A stretch of 60,485 nt of DNA, the filler included. It is 4 parts of 4 records of this genome, joined end to end, with 100 filler letters (N's around TTAATTAATTAA, not from the genome) between each part and the next. Parts side by side here need not be neighbours in the genome. Positions count along the whole stretch, not along the records: positions 7,370 to 29,537 come from SRR2962707_2649; positions 29,638 to 53,683 come from SRR2962707_2650; 2 more parts are not named here. One strand, written 5' to 3'. Each line of letters begins with the position of its first letter. Within the stretch, counting starts at the first letter, position 1. Shown piece after piece: positions 22,162 through 32,510 of this stretch. The notes under the pieces were generated by a model. The model was given only the letters and a program-made list of their open reading frames with translations. It had not been told where the DNA came from and did no database searches. A program made the position numbers and the translations under genes.

Positions 22162-22932
22162 ATGACCGATAAAAAAGACTTCGTAGACATCCGTCACGCG
22201 CAAAAATCATATGGCAACCTTGAGGTTCTCAAAGACATCAGCCTGACGGTAGAACGCGGGCAGATCGTCGCCATTATCGGGCCGTCGGGTTCGGGGAAAT
22301 CCACGCTTTTGCGGGCCATCAACGATCTTGATCCGTTGACCAAGGGTGAAATCTGGCTGGACGGCGTTCAGGTCAACAAAAAGCTGCCACACCGGCAATA
22401 TGAAAAGCACATCAACGAGATGCGCCAGCAGATCGGCATGGTGTTCCAACACTTTAACCTGTTCCCGCATATGACCGCCCGCGATAACGTCTCCATGGCC
22501 CCGAAGATGCTCAAGGGATTGTCCAAGGAAGCCGCAGATAAGCTGGCCGAAGAGCAGCTTGATAAGGTGGGTATGCTTGAGCGGATCGATTACTATCCCT
22601 CACAGCTGTCAGGTGGTCAGAAACAGCGTGTTGCCATTGCCCGCGCGCTGGCGATGCACCCCAAGCTGATGCTGTTTGATGAGGCCACATCGGCACTGGA
22701 CCCCGAGTTGGTGGACGAGGTGAACCAGGTCATGAAAAAGCTGGCCGAAGAGGACATGACGATGATCATCGTCACCCATGAAATGGATTTCGCCGCCTCT
22801 GTCTGTGATCGCGTGTTGTTCATGGATCAAGGTGTGGTTGTCGAAGAAGGCCCGCCCGAGGTTCTATTCAAAAACCCCTCCAAGGCGCGCACGCGTGAAT
22901 TCTTGGGTAAACATCTTGGGGCAACGAAATGA
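22162..22932 (+). CDS. Amino-acid ABC ATPase (GlnQ family)
   Basis: [33 protein letters not shown]. Confidence 0.96.
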   Translation: MTDKKDFVDIRHAQKSYGNLEVLKDISLTVERGQIVAIIGPSGSGKSTLLRAINDLDPLTKGEIWLDGVQVNKKLPHRQYEKHINEMRQQIGMVFQHFNLFPHMTARDNVSMAPKMLKGLSKEAADKLAEEQLDKVGMLERIDYYPSQLSGGQKQRVAIARALAMHPKLMLFDEATSALDPELVDEVNQVMKKLAEEDMTMIIVTHEMDFAASVCDRVLFMDQGVVVEEGPPEVLFKNPSKARTREFLGKHLGATK

Positions 22933-24281
22933 CCGACGCGCCCTCTTATCTGTTTTACCAGTCACGCAATCCCCGCCCCTTTCTGGATTATGGCGAGGGG
23001 ATCTATCTCTTCGATGAAGACGGCAAACGTTATATCGACGGATCGTCCGGCGCGATGGTCTCAAACATCGGTCACTCCAACCCCCGCGTTCTGGCCAAGA
23101 TCAAAGCGCAGATGGACAAGGCGACATTTGGCTACCGGCTGCATTTCCGTACCCACCCGTCAGAGGATCTGGCCGCCAAGACGGTTGCGATGACCCCTGA
23201 CGGGCTGGACCGCGTGTTCTTTGTTTCCGGTGGGTCCGAGGCCGTTGAAAGCGCGGTAAAGCTGGCCCGCCAATATGCCCTCACTCAGGGGCAGCCCAAC
23301 CGGCACAGGGTCATTTCGCGGTTTCCATCCTATCACGGCTGCACCCTTGGGGCGCTTGATCTTACGGGGTATGACCCCTTGCGCGCGCCCTTTGCCCCCA
23401 TGATGGAAGGCATGCCCAAGATCGACGCGCCTGCCACCTATCTGGATCGCGACAACCTGACCGACGAACAGCGCGGCCTGAAATACGCCGAATTGCTGCG
23501 CGACAGGATATTGGAGGAAGGGCCCGAAAACGTGCTGGCCTTTGTGATGGAACCGGTTGGCGGTGCCTCGACCGGTGCCTTGGTCGCACCAGACAGCTAT
23601 TACGGGCGCATCCGCGAGATTTGCGACGAATACGGCGTGCTGTTGATCTATGATGAGGTCATGACCGGCGCGGGCCGCACGGGCAAATTCCTTGCTGCCG
23701 AACATTGGGGCATCACACCAGACATCGTTGCCATGTCCAAGGGGTTTGGCGCGGGCTATGCGCCGCTTGGCGCGATCATCGCTGGGAAACACATCGTGGA
23801 ACCGGTTCTGGATGCGGGCGGGTTCCAACACGGGTTCACCTACGCGGGCAACCCCTTAGCCTGCTCTGCCGGGCTCGCTGTGCTTGAGGAAATGGAAGAT
23901 CAGGGGTTGATCGAAAACGCCGCCAAGATGGGCGAGGTCCTGATGGGTGAATTGCGCGCCTTGATGGACCGGTATCCCTTTATCGGGGATGTGCGCGGCA
24001 AGGGGCTGCTGACCGCCTTTGAATTTGTCTCGGACCGCGCCACCATGGAACCCCTTGACCCAGCGCTGAACGCCTATGACCGGCTGGTCGAGCTGGCCTA
24101 TGCACGCGGTTTGATCATCTATTCGCGCCGCACGCGGGGCGGAACGGCGGGGGATCATTTCCTTTTGGCCCCGCCACTGATCATCACAAAGGCGCAAATT
24201 AGCGAAATGATGGTGATCCTGCGCGACGCACTGGATGCCTTCGCGGCCGAGACCGGCCTACCGATAGAGCACGCCGCATGA
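22929..24281 (+). CDS. Class III PLP aminotransferase
   Basis: [32 protein letters not shown] (PLP lysine), HGFTY. Confidence 0.95.
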   Translation: MTDAPSYLFYQSRNPRPFLDYGEGIYLFDEDGKRYIDGSSGAMVSNIGHSNPRVLAKIKAQMDKATFGYRLHFRTHPSEDLAAKTVAMTPDGLDRVFFVSGGSEAVESAVKLARQYALTQGQPNRHRVISRFPSYHGCTLGALDLTGYDPLRAPFAPMMEGMPKIDAPATYLDRDNLTDEQRGLKYAELLRDRILEEGPENVLAFVMEPVGGASTGALVAPDSYYGRIREICDEYGVLLIYDEVMTGAGRTGKFLAAEHWGITPDIVAMSKGFGAGYAPLGAIIAGKHIVEPVLDAGGFQHGFTYAGNPLACSAGLAVLEEMEDQGLIENAAKMGEVLMGELRALMDRYPFIGDVRGKGLLTAFEFVSDRATMEPLDPALNAYDRLVELAYARGLIIYSRRTRGGTAGDHFLLAPPLIITKAQISEMMVILRDALDAFAAETGLPIEHAA

Positions 24282-24970
24282 GGTTCCCGGACAAGACATG
24301 CGCCATGGATACCGCCATCGGCAGGATCAAGGACGGCGATACGGTCATGATCGGGGGCTTTGGTGTGCCCGGCACCCCCATGACCCTGATCCACGCCCTA
24401 GTCGCACATGGCGCAGGTAATCTGACAGTGATTAAGAATGACGCAAACGAACCCGGCATGGGCATCGACCATCTATTACAAAACGGTCAGGTTGCACGGC
24501 TGATCACAACCCATCTGGGGCTGAACAGCCACGCCATTGGGCTAATGAACACAGGTCAGATCGAGGTTGAATTTAACGCGCAAGGAATTCTGGCCGAACG
24601 TATTCGCGCAGGCGGGGCCGGGATCGGCGCGATCCTGAGTGACATCGGGATCGGCACAGAACTTGCCAAGGGTAAACAGGTCGTTGAAATGGCAGGGGTA
24701 TCCTATCTGGTCGAACCCGCATTGCGCGCGGATGTCGCCCTGATCCACGCGGACCGGGCTGATACATTTGGCAACCTCGCCTTTGCCGCAACCGCGCGGA
24801 ACTTCAACCCGCTGATGGCCATGGCAGCAGACTGCGTGATTGTCGAAGCCGAAAGCATTGTTCCCCTTGGTGCGATTGCACCTGACGATGTGCACAGCGC
24901 AGGGGTCTTTGTTGATCACGTGACCCCTTTGGGTGAATTGACTAAGGAATACGCCGTTGTCCAACGCTAG
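24278..24970 (+). CDS. 3-oxoacid CoA-transferase subunit A
   Basis: IGGFGVPGTP, QGILAERIRAGGAG, ARNFNPLMAMAA. Confidence 0.93.
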   Translation: MRFPDKTCAMDTAIGRIKDGDTVMIGGFGVPGTPMTLIHALVAHGAGNLTVIKNDANEPGMGIDHLLQNGQVARLITTHLGLNSHAIGLMNTGQIEVEFNAQGILAERIRAGGAGIGAILSDIGIGTELAKGKQVVEMAGVSYLVEPALRADVALIHADRADTFGNLAFAATARNFNPLMAMAADCVIVEAESIVPLGAIAPDDVHSAGVFVDHVTPLGELTKEYAVVQR

Positions 24971-25610
24971 GGAACGTATGGTTGCCCGCGCCGCGCGCGA
25001 GATTACCCCCGGTACGGTGGTGAATTTGGGCATCGGTCTGCCCACACAGGTGGTGAACCATCTGCCCGCCGATTTCCCCGTGTGCCTGCATACCGAGAAC
25101 GGTCTGACGGGCATTGGGCCGTCGCTGTCACCAGAAGATGCTGACAGAAACCTGATTGATGCGGGCGGGGCCTATGTCTCCACCCTGCCCGGCTCGGCGT
25201 TTATGCACAGCGCCGATAGCTTTGCCATCGTGCGGTCCGGGCGGCTTGATTTGACGATGCTTGGCGCGTTCGAGGTCAGCGCCAATGGTGATCTGGCCAA
25301 CTGGAAAATCCCCGGCAAGTTCAGCCCCGGTGTCGGTGGCGGCATCGAACTGGCACAAAAGGCGCGGCGCGTAATCGTCCTGACCACCCACACGGACCGT
25401 GCGGGCAACCCCAAGCTGAAGCAAACCTGCACCCTACCGCTGACTGCCCACGGCTGTGTGTCACGCATATTCACAGACATGGCCGTGATCGATGTCAGCG
25501 CGCAGGGCTTTGTGCTGGTTGAAACCGCCCAAGGCATCACCGCAGCCGAAGTCGCCGAGGCCACGGATGCACCGCTGATCCTGCCCGATACCCCCCTCCC
25601 CACATTCTGA
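24957..25610 (+). CDS. 3-oxoacid CoA-transferase subunit B
   Basis: VNLGIGLPT, HTENG (catalytic Glu), GDLANW, GVGGGIEL; TTG start overlapping subunit A. Confidence 0.93.
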   Translation: MSNARERMVARAAREITPGTVVNLGIGLPTQVVNHLPADFPVCLHTENGLTGIGPSLSPEDADRNLIDAGGAYVSTLPGSAFMHSADSFAIVRSGRLDLTMLGAFEVSANGDLANWKIPGKFSPGVGGGIELAQKARRVIVLTTHTDRAGNPKLKQTCTLPLTAHGCVSRIFTDMAVIDVSAQGFVLVETAQGITAAEVAEATDAPLILPDTPLPTF

Positions 25611-25620
25611 GGCATTCTTT

Positions 25621-26913
25621 ATGCAAGACGATCTGAATAACCGCATCTGTGCCGCCGTCGACGAAGCGTTTGACCGCCAACTGGCTTTTTTGTCTGACCT
25701 CACCGCCCACCCATCGACCCGCGGCAACGAACAATCTGCGCAGAATTTCATGGCGGATGAACTGACGCAGCGCGGCTACGAGCTTGACCGCTGGCAGATT
25801 GATATCGCTGAAATTCAGCACTTGCCGGGGTTCTCTCCTGTGCTTGGCCCCTATGATGACGCGGTGAATGTTGTCGGCACCCATCGGTCAAAAACTCAGC
25901 AAGGTCGGTCGCTTATTTTAAACGGCCATATCGACGTGGTTCCCGAGGGCCCGCTGGACATGTGGGACAGCCCGCCATTTGAACCCCGTATCGAAGGCGG
26001 TTGGCTCTATGGGCGCGGCGGCGGTGATATGAAGGCCGGGCTGGCCTCGAACCTGTTCGCCCTTGATGCGCTTGCTGCCTGCGGCCTCGCCCCCGGCGCA
26101 GACGTTTATTATCAGTCCGTGGTCGAGGAGGAATGCACCGGCAATGGCGCGCTGGCCTGTCTTGCGCGCGGCTATAATGCGGATGCCGCACTGATCCCCG
26201 AACCGTTTTCCGAACATCTGGCCATCGCGCAGCTTGGGGTGATCTGGTTTCAGGTCCATCTAAAAGGTCGGCCCACACATGTGGCCTATGCAGGCCAAGG
26301 GGCCAATGCGATCGAAGCAGCCTTTCCGCTTATCCGTGCCCTTCACGAGATGGAACACCGCTGGAACGCGGCGGAAAACCGGCCCGATGACTATGCCCAT
26401 ATGGATCATGCGCTGAACCTGAATATCGGCAAGATCGAAGGCGGCGACTGGACCAGCTCTGTCCCGGCGTGGAGCGTCTTTGACGTGCGCATGGCAATCT
26501 TTCCGGGCCAATCCATTGATGCCGCCAAGGCCGAGATCGAACAGGTGATCCTGGATGCAGCCCGTGAAAACGCGTTCCTCAGCAATTCCTTACCCGAAAT
26601 CGTCTATCACGGCTTTCACGCCGAGGGGTATGCCCTGTCGCAAGACAGTTCCGCCAACGCGCTTTCAGCCATCGCGTCACTGGAAACAGCACACCACGAT
26701 GTCACCGGCGAGACACTGGTGCGCGAGGCAATCACCGCGACCACCGATGCGCGGTTCTTTGGGCTGTATGCAGACACCCCTGCGCTTGTTTACGGCCCCC
26801 GTGCCGAGGCGATCCACGGCTTTAACGAACGGGTCGATATTGAAAGCATGCGCCGCGTCACCAAAGCGACGGCACTGTTCATTGCCGATTGGTGCGGCAC
26901 CGAAGAACGATAG
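25621..26913 (+). CDS. ArgE/DapE-family M20 deacylase
   Basis: LNGHIDVVP, GRGGGDMKAG, VEEECTG, PEP, HGFNE. Confidence 0.93.
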   Translation: MQDDLNNRICAAVDEAFDRQLAFLSDLTAHPSTRGNEQSAQNFMADELTQRGYELDRWQIDIAEIQHLPGFSPVLGPYDDAVNVVGTHRSKTQQGRSLILNGHIDVVPEGPLDMWDSPPFEPRIEGGWLYGRGGGDMKAGLASNLFALDALAACGLAPGADVYYQSVVEEECTGNGALACLARGYNADAALIPEPFSEHLAIAQLGVIWFQVHLKGRPTHVAYAGQGANAIEAAFPLIRALHEMEHRWNAAENRPDDYAHMDHALNLNIGKIEGGDWTSSVPAWSVFDVRMAIFPGQSIDAAKAEIEQVILDAARENAFLSNSLPEIVYHGFHAEGYALSQDSSANALSAIASLETAHHDVTGETLVREAITATTDARFFGLYADTPALVYGPRAEAIHGFNERVDIESMRRVTKATALFIADWCGTEER

Positions 26914-26921
26914 GGACCATC

Positions 26922-28079
26922 ATGCAAGCGCTTTCCTCGACACAAATCGAATATCTGACGCAGCTTCGCCATGACCTGCACCGCAGCCCAGAGCTGTCGG
27001 GCCAAGAAGCCGAGACCGCGCAGCGCATCATAGCCGAGCTTACGGCGCTGAACCCCGACCGGATTTGGACAAATTTGGGCGGCCACGGCGTTGCGGCAGA
27101 ATTCAAGGGGGATGCCCCCGGCCCCACCGTTATGTTGCGCTGCGAACTGGACGGGCTGCCCATTCATGAGCAATCCGAACTGCCATATAAATCGCAAGTG
27201 GAAGGCAAAGGGCATCTGTGCGGACATGACGGCCATATGGTCTGCATGTTTGGCGTCGCCATGGCGCTGGAAACGCGGCCTGCCTCGGGGCGGGTTATCT
27301 TGCTGTTCCAACCGGCCGAGGAAACCGGCGCGGGTGCAAAAGCGGTGATCAACGACCAAAGCTGGCCCGAAATCCGGCCCGATTACGCCTTTGCCTATCA
27401 CAATGTGCCGGGCCGCCCCTTGGGCGAGATTGGCCTGCGTCCGGGGCCGGGAAACTGCGCGTCACGTGGCATGCAAATCCTGCTGACGGGGAAAAGCTCG
27501 CACGCCGCAGCGCCGGAGGATGGCATATCGCCCGCTGGCCCCATGGCACGGCTGATGACCTCGCTTGGCGCGCTTGGTCGCGGCACCATTGACGCGGATG
27601 ATTTTGCCCTATCGACCCTGACCCATGCAAAGCTTGGCGAACCCAGCTTTGGTATTGCCCCTGCGGATGGCGAACTGCGCGTGACGCTGCGCACCATGAC
27701 GAACGACCGTATGGACAGCCTGATCGCCACAGCGCTGGCGCATGTTGAACATGAAAAGGGCCAGCTGAAGGTAGATGTTCGGTGGCATGATGTGTTCCGG
27801 TCGGTGATTAACGACCCTGAGGCGACAAAAATCGCGCGTGATGTGGCCGTGGATTTGGGGTTTGCTGTCAACGACATGGCCACCCCCATGCGTTGGTCCG
27901 AAGATTTCGGCCGCATCGGTGACGACGGGGCAAAAGCTGCGATGCTCTATATCGGATCGGGCGAAAACCAGCCCCAATTGCACAACCCTGATTATGATTT
28001 CCCCGATGCCCTGTTGCCGATTGTGACAGACCAGTTCTGCGGCATCGTTGCGCGGCTGCTTGGCCCGCCCAAACCATGA
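26922..28079 (+). CDS. M20D amidohydrolase
   Basis: LHRSPELSGQE, RCELDGLP, HLCGHDGH, FQPAEE, SEDF, LHNPDYDF. Confidence 0.93.
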   Translation: MQALSSTQIEYLTQLRHDLHRSPELSGQEAETAQRIIAELTALNPDRIWTNLGGHGVAAEFKGDAPGPTVMLRCELDGLPIHEQSELPYKSQVEGKGHLCGHDGHMVCMFGVAMALETRPASGRVILLFQPAEETGAGAKAVINDQSWPEIRPDYAFAYHNVPGRPLGEIGLRPGPGNCASRGMQILLTGKSSHAAAPEDGISPAGPMARLMTSLGALGRGTIDADDFALSTLTHAKLGEPSFGIAPADGELRVTLRTMTNDRMDSLIATALAHVEHEKGQLKVDVRWHDVFRSVINDPEATKIARDVAVDLGFAVNDMATPMRWSEDFGRIGDDGAKAAMLYIGSGENQPQLHNPDYDFPDALLPIVTDQFCGIVARLLGPPKP

Positions 28080-29191
28080 CACAGGAACGATGCCCTGGCT
28101 CGTGGTGTGAAATTCACCGCGATAGGATATCCAACAACCTCTCGCTCGCCCTTGGGCTGGTCCCCAAAGGGCGCAGGTTCTGTGCGGTGCTAAAGGCCGA
28201 TGCCTATGGCCATGGCATCGAGCAGGTCGCGCCCCTGATCCAAGCGCAGGGTGTTAACTGTATCGGCATCACCTCAAACACCGAAGCCTACGCCGTGCGC
28301 ACCGCGGGCTTTACCGGCACGTTGATCCGCGTCCGTGCCGCCACCCCGCCCGAGATCGAGGACGCGCTGGATGCACGGGTCGAGGAACAAGTAGGCTCGC
28401 TCGAGGTTGCAGAAATGCTGTGGGGGCTGAAAAACGCGGGCCGCCCCGTACGTGCCCATCTGGCGCTAAACGCGTTGGGGATGTCGCGCGACGGCCTTGA
28501 GATTTCGACCACACAAGGCCGGGCAACCTGTCTTGCCATCTTGGAAATGCTCGGCAAAGACATCGTGGGCATCTGCACCCATTTCCCCGACAACACCCCT
28601 GAAAGCCTGCGCAGCGCGTCAGAGCTGTTCCAGCATCAGGTGGCTTGGATCATTGAAAACAGCACCCTCGATAGGTCGCGCATTCTTGTGCATGCCGGAA
28701 GCTCGCTGACCTTGGTGGCGGATGTACCCGTCGAGACCGATATGTACCGCTGCGGGGCGATCCTTTACGGGATATTAAAGCCCGAGCTGGGGTTCCAGAC
28801 GACAATGGAGCTGAAGGCGCGCGTCGTAAGCCTTGGGGATTACCCCAAGGGGGCCACTGTCGGCTATGACGGGGCCTGCCGATTGGACAGGGACCGGCGG
28901 CTTGCTTGCGTATCAATCGGATATGCGAACGGGTTCCGGCGGGAATTGCATGACGCCGCCGCCGTGGCGATTGGCACCCAGATAGCACCGGTTTTGGGCA
29001 AGGTTTCTATGAACACCATCGTCGTGGACGCCACCCACCTAGACGACGTGCAAATCGGCGACGAAACGACGGTCTTTGGCGAAATCGGCGGCGCAAGGAC
29101 GGCGCTAAGCGCGACCGAACAACAATTCCGGACGATTATCGCTGATCTGTACTCTGACTGGGGTCTGCGCAATCCACGCGTCTTTTGCTGA
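28076..29191 (+). CDS. PLP alanine-racemase-family protein, broad-spectrum (Bsr)-like, no signal peptide
   Basis: CAVLKADAYGHG (PLP Lys), LIRVR, GMSRDGLE, VGYD (catalytic Tyr), GKVSMNT. Confidence 0.88.
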   Translation: MTQERCPGSWCEIHRDRISNNLSLALGLVPKGRRFCAVLKADAYGHGIEQVAPLIQAQGVNCIGITSNTEAYAVRTAGFTGTLIRVRAATPPEIEDALDARVEEQVGSLEVAEMLWGLKNAGRPVRAHLALNALGMSRDGLEISTTQGRATCLAILEMLGKDIVGICTHFPDNTPESLRSASELFQHQVAWIIENSTLDRSRILVHAGSSLTLVADVPVETDMYRCGAILYGILKPELGFQTTMELKARVVSLGDYPKGATVGYDGACRLDRDRRLACVSIGYANGFRRELHDAAAVAIGTQIAPVLGKVSMNTIVVDATHLDDVQIGDETTVFGEIGGARTALSATEQQFRTIIADLYSDWGLRNPRVFC

Positions 29192-29509
29192 CCGGGATCA
29201 TCGCCCGCGCGCATGACAGCACAAACATCCGCGACACCGCCATATCACTGCTGTTTTAAGCGGGTTAAAGACCGTCTCAATCGCGAAATTGCTGCTTAGT
29301 TCGCGATTTTCCGCTCATAAAGACCGATCAACCATAGCGGGTAACGTATTTTTGATCGCCAGAACCGCGTCGCGAAGCGTAATTTCACCAGCGCACACAA
29401 TCCCTGCGCGGATGCCGTAGGCCAACGGCCACATCAAACGCACAAACCATCTGAAACAAAGAAAAAAAACAAACGGCTCTGGTGGTTGTCGAACATAGCT
29501 AAGGAAGAG

Positions 29510-29537
29510 TGGTGCGGGTGAAGGGACTCGAACCCCC
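29510..29537 (-). tRNA. 3' end of a tRNA, probably tRNA-Leu (partial, cut by contig end)
   Basis: Minus strand reads GGGGGTTCGAGTCCCTTCACCCGCACCA: T-arm GTTCGA, acceptor strand and encoded CCA. Anticodon not visible; Leu is inferred from the CACCCGCA acceptor end. Confidence 0.8.
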
Positions 29538-29637
29538 NNNNNNNNNNNNNNNNNNNNNNNNNNNNNNNNNNNNNNNNNNNNTTAATTAATTAANNNNNNN
29601 NNNNNNNNNNNNNNNNNNNNNNNNNNNNNNNNNNNNN
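29538..29637. other. Artificial contig-joining spacer
   Basis: N44-TTAATTAATTAA-N44. Confidence 0.99.
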
Positions 29638-30096
29638 CTGGTTCACCGGCCAGTTCCACGGCGTGATAAGCGCGCAGACCCCGATGGGTTCGCGCAGGAG
29701 CCGCACGTTCCCCTCCATCGCGCGTTCGAAGTCGAAAACCTTCAGCGCCTCGATGACAGCATAGAGATGCTCCGATCCCGCAGCCGCCTGCGCCTCGCGC
29801 GATAACGTCACCGGCGCGCCCATTTCCAGCGTGATCGCCGCCACGAATTCCGCGTAGCGCCGCCGGTAGATGTCGAGAATCCGGTTGAGAAGATCGAGAC
29901 GTTCCTGCTTGCCCGTCGCGGCGAAGGCGGGAAAGGCGTTGCGCGCGGCGGCAATGGCGGCGTCCACATCCGCCGCCGTCCCGAGCGCAACCGACCCATA
30001 CGTTTCGCCGGTCGCCGGGTTGTAAAGCGGCTGGGCGGGGCGGGCCGAAGCGTCGGCCCAGGCGCCGCCGATGTAATATTTGTCGAAACTTTTCAT
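29638..30096 (-). CDS. Aldehyde dehydrogenase, 3'-truncated
   Basis: YIGGAW, NPATGE, REPIGVCALITPWNWP. Confidence 0.93.
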
Positions 30097-30183
30097 GCCG
30101 CTCCGGCCTCGATGGTTGCGCGGGGGAGTTTAGCCCTGCGCGCAACCCCGCACCAATAACCCCGAAAGGCTAACGGCTGGGCT

Positions 30184-30801
30184 TCAGCGCGGCGCGAGCC
30201 CGTTCACGAGCAGGTTGATATATTCGTCGACGAGCTTCTTGTCCGCAGCGCCGTTCGCCTGCTGGTGCCAGTGGCCGATGGAGTTGAGCGCGCCCGCCAG
30301 CGCGAAGGCCGTGATCTTCGGGTCCGACGAGGCGACCGATCCGTCCGCGATCCCGTCTGCCACGAGCTGCCTTATCTTGCGGTCGATTTCACTCTTGATC
30401 CGGCGGACCTTCTTCCGGCTCGCCTCGGACAGTTCGCCGTCGCCGATGCGCGCCGCGCAGCGTCCGAAATCCGTTTCGATCACCGCCGCATAACCTTGGA
30501 GATAGGCGACGAGCCGCGCCATCCCGTCGCCCCCTTCCGGCGTCCCATCCGCCGCTTCCAGCATGTCGAGCCCGTGCTGCACGCAGGCAAACAGCATCGC
30601 CTCCTTGTTCTTGAAATAATAATAGAGCGTCGGCTTGGTGACGTTCAGCACCTGCGCCACCTCGTCCAGCGAGGCCCGGTGATAGCCCCTTTCCGCAAAA
30701 ACATGCGCCGCCGCCGCCAGAACCGCCTCGCGCTTCAGCGCCCGGTCGGTCTTGCGTTCGGTCTCGTTCTTCCAGGGCGATGCGATTGCCGCTTTGGCCA
30801 T
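30184..30801 (-). CDS. TetR-family regulator (PaaR/KstR2-like acyl-CoA sensor type)
   Basis: AAAHVFAERGYHRASLDEVAQVLNVTKPTLYYYFKNKE; divergent from the acyl-CoA operon. Confidence 0.92.
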   Translation of the reverse strand: MAKAAIASPWKNETERKTDRALKREAVLAAAAHVFAERGYHRASLDEVAQVLNVTKPTLYYYFKNKEAMLFACVQHGLDMLEAADGTPEGGDGMARLVAYLQGYAAVIETDFGRCAARIGDGELSEASRKKVRRIKSEIDRKIRQLVADGIADGSVASSDPKITAFALAGALNSIGHWHQQANGAADKKLVDEYINLLVNGLAPR

Positions 30802-30849
30802 TCCAGCTCTCCGGATTCGGAAACGCCGAGCATAGGCGCTATGCCGCCT

Positions 30850-30878
30850 TTGACAAGATACCAAACAGAAACTATGTT
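30850..30878 (+). promoter_or_regulatory. Sigma70 promoter of acyl-CoA catabolic operon
   Basis: TTGACA (30850-30855), 17-nt spacer, TATGTT (30873-30878). Confidence 0.7.
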
Positions 30879-30931
30879 ACTCAAAAGTAGAAAACGGATC
30901 CGGGAAAGCCGGACCGGCAGGGGAGGGAACC

Positions 30932-32494
30932 TTGTATCTCACGCAATCCATTCACCGCGCGGCAGCGGCCTCGCCGCAAACCATCGCCACGATCTGCGGC
31001 GACAGGGTCCGCACCTGGGTCGAACTGCGCGACCGTGTCGCCCGTCTCGCGGGCGCGCTGCACGGCATGGGGGTGCGCGCCGGTGATCGCATCGCCGTGC
31101 TGTCGATGAACTCGGACCGCTATTTCGAAACCTGCTACGCCGCATATTGGGCCGATGCCGTCATCGTGCCCATGAACACGCGCTGGTCGGTCGCCGAGCA
31201 CGTCTATTCGATCGAGGATGCGGGCGCGACGGTGCTTCTGCTGGACGACACCTTCCTTGAAGCAGGGCTCGCTGTGCGCGATGCCTGCCCGCAAATCGCT
31301 CGCGTCATCTACATGGGCGATGGCGTCGCGCCCGATCGCTGCCTTTCCTATGAAGAACTGATCGAAACGGGCCCTGCGCTCGAGGATGCCCGGCGCGGCG
31401 GCGACGAACTCGCCGGCATTTTCTATACCGGCGGCACCACGGGTTTTCCCAAAGGCGTCATGCTTTCGCACAAGGCGCTCTGGTCGAGTTCGCTTTCCGT
31501 CGGCGCGGGAACGGATGGCTTCAATCCCGGCATGCGCTATCTCCATGCCGCACCGATGTTCCATCTCGCGGACTTCGCCATGTCGAATGCCGCCTCGCTC
31601 TTCGGCGCCTCCCACGTCTTCATGCCCTTCTTCGAGCCAGCCTCCCTCCTGAAGATCATGGAAGAACATCGCGTGAGCTACACATTGCTCGTGCCGACCA
31701 TGATCCGGATGCTGCTCGATTGCCCGGCCTTCGATAAGCACGACCTCTCCTCATGGAAGGGTCTCTTCTACGGTGCCTCGCCCATGCCGGAATCGGTTCT
31801 GCGCGAGGCGCTCTCGAAGCTGCCGCAGGTCGCCTTCACGCAAGGCTACGGCCAAACGGAGCTTGCTCCCATCGCGACATTGCTCGGCCCGGAGTTTCAC
31901 GTCCTTGAAGGACCGAACGCGGGGAAGCTCCGTTCCGCCGGTCGCCCCGGCCTCTGCGTCGAACTGCGCGTCGTCGGCCCCGATGGCAAGGAAGTGCCGC
32001 GCGGCAAAGTCGGCGAAGTCGCCGTATACGGACCGAACACCATGCTCGGCTACTGGAATAAGCCGGAACAGACGGCGGCAACGCTTGTCGACGGCTGGGT
32101 GCTCACCGGCGACGGCGGCTACATGGACGAGGACGGCTTCCTCTACATTGTCGACCGCCTCAAGGACATGATCGTCTCCGGCGGCGAAAACGTCTTCTCG
32201 GCGGAAGTCGAGAACGCGCTCATGCAGCATGACGCGGTCGCCGAATGCGCCGTCATCGGCGTGCCGGACCCGAAATGGGGCGAGCGCGTGCATGCCGTGG
32301 TCGTGCCGAAGGCAGGGCGAAGCATTGCGGAAGAAGACCTCTTCGCGCACTGCAAGTCGCTCATCGCCGGATACAAATGCCCCCGCAGCGCCGACATCCG
32401 GCAGGAGCCGTTGCCGAAATCCGCCGCCGGGAAAATTCTCAAAACCGATCTGCGCCGTCCCTATTGGGAAGGCCAGAGCCGAAACGTCAGCTGA
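30932..32494 (+). CDS. Long-chain fatty acid-CoA ligase
   Basis: YTGGTTGFPKG, QGYGQTE, TGD, DRLKDMIVSGGENV, PKSAAGK; TTG start with GGGAGGG RBS. Confidence 0.95.
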   Translation: MYLTQSIHRAAAASPQTIATICGDRVRTWVELRDRVARLAGALHGMGVRAGDRIAVLSMNSDRYFETCYAAYWADAVIVPMNTRWSVAEHVYSIEDAGATVLLLDDTFLEAGLAVRDACPQIARVIYMGDGVAPDRCLSYEELIETGPALEDARRGGDELAGIFYTGGTTGFPKGVMLSHKALWSSSLSVGAGTDGFNPGMRYLHAAPMFHLADFAMSNAASLFGASHVFMPFFEPASLLKIMEEHRVSYTLLVPTMIRMLLDCPAFDKHDLSSWKGLFYGASPMPESVLREALSKLPQVAFTQGYGQTELAPIATLLGPEFHVLEGPNAGKLRSAGRPGLCVELRVVGPDGKEVPRGKVGEVAVYGPNTMLGYWNKPEQTAATLVDGWVLTGDGGYMDEDGFLYIVDRLKDMIVSGGENVFSAEVENALMQHDAVAECAVIGVPDPKWGERVHAVVVPKAGRSIAEEDLFAHCKSLIAGYKCPRSADIRQEPLPKSAAGKILKTDLRRPYWEGQSRNVS

Positions 32495-32510
32495 CAAAGG
32501 AGTGACGACG

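Noticed and set aside
29192-29509. Integrase or prophage remnant next to the tRNA end
   Set aside because: No ORF or recognisable recombinase motif is present; only the possible att context is retained, at low interest.
32229-32510. N-terminal extensions in the ORF track (thiolase; also katE 46410, SDR 50921, MaoC 33990, MFS 36957)
   Set aside because: They overlap upstream genes or promoters; downstream starts with an RBS match family N-termini.
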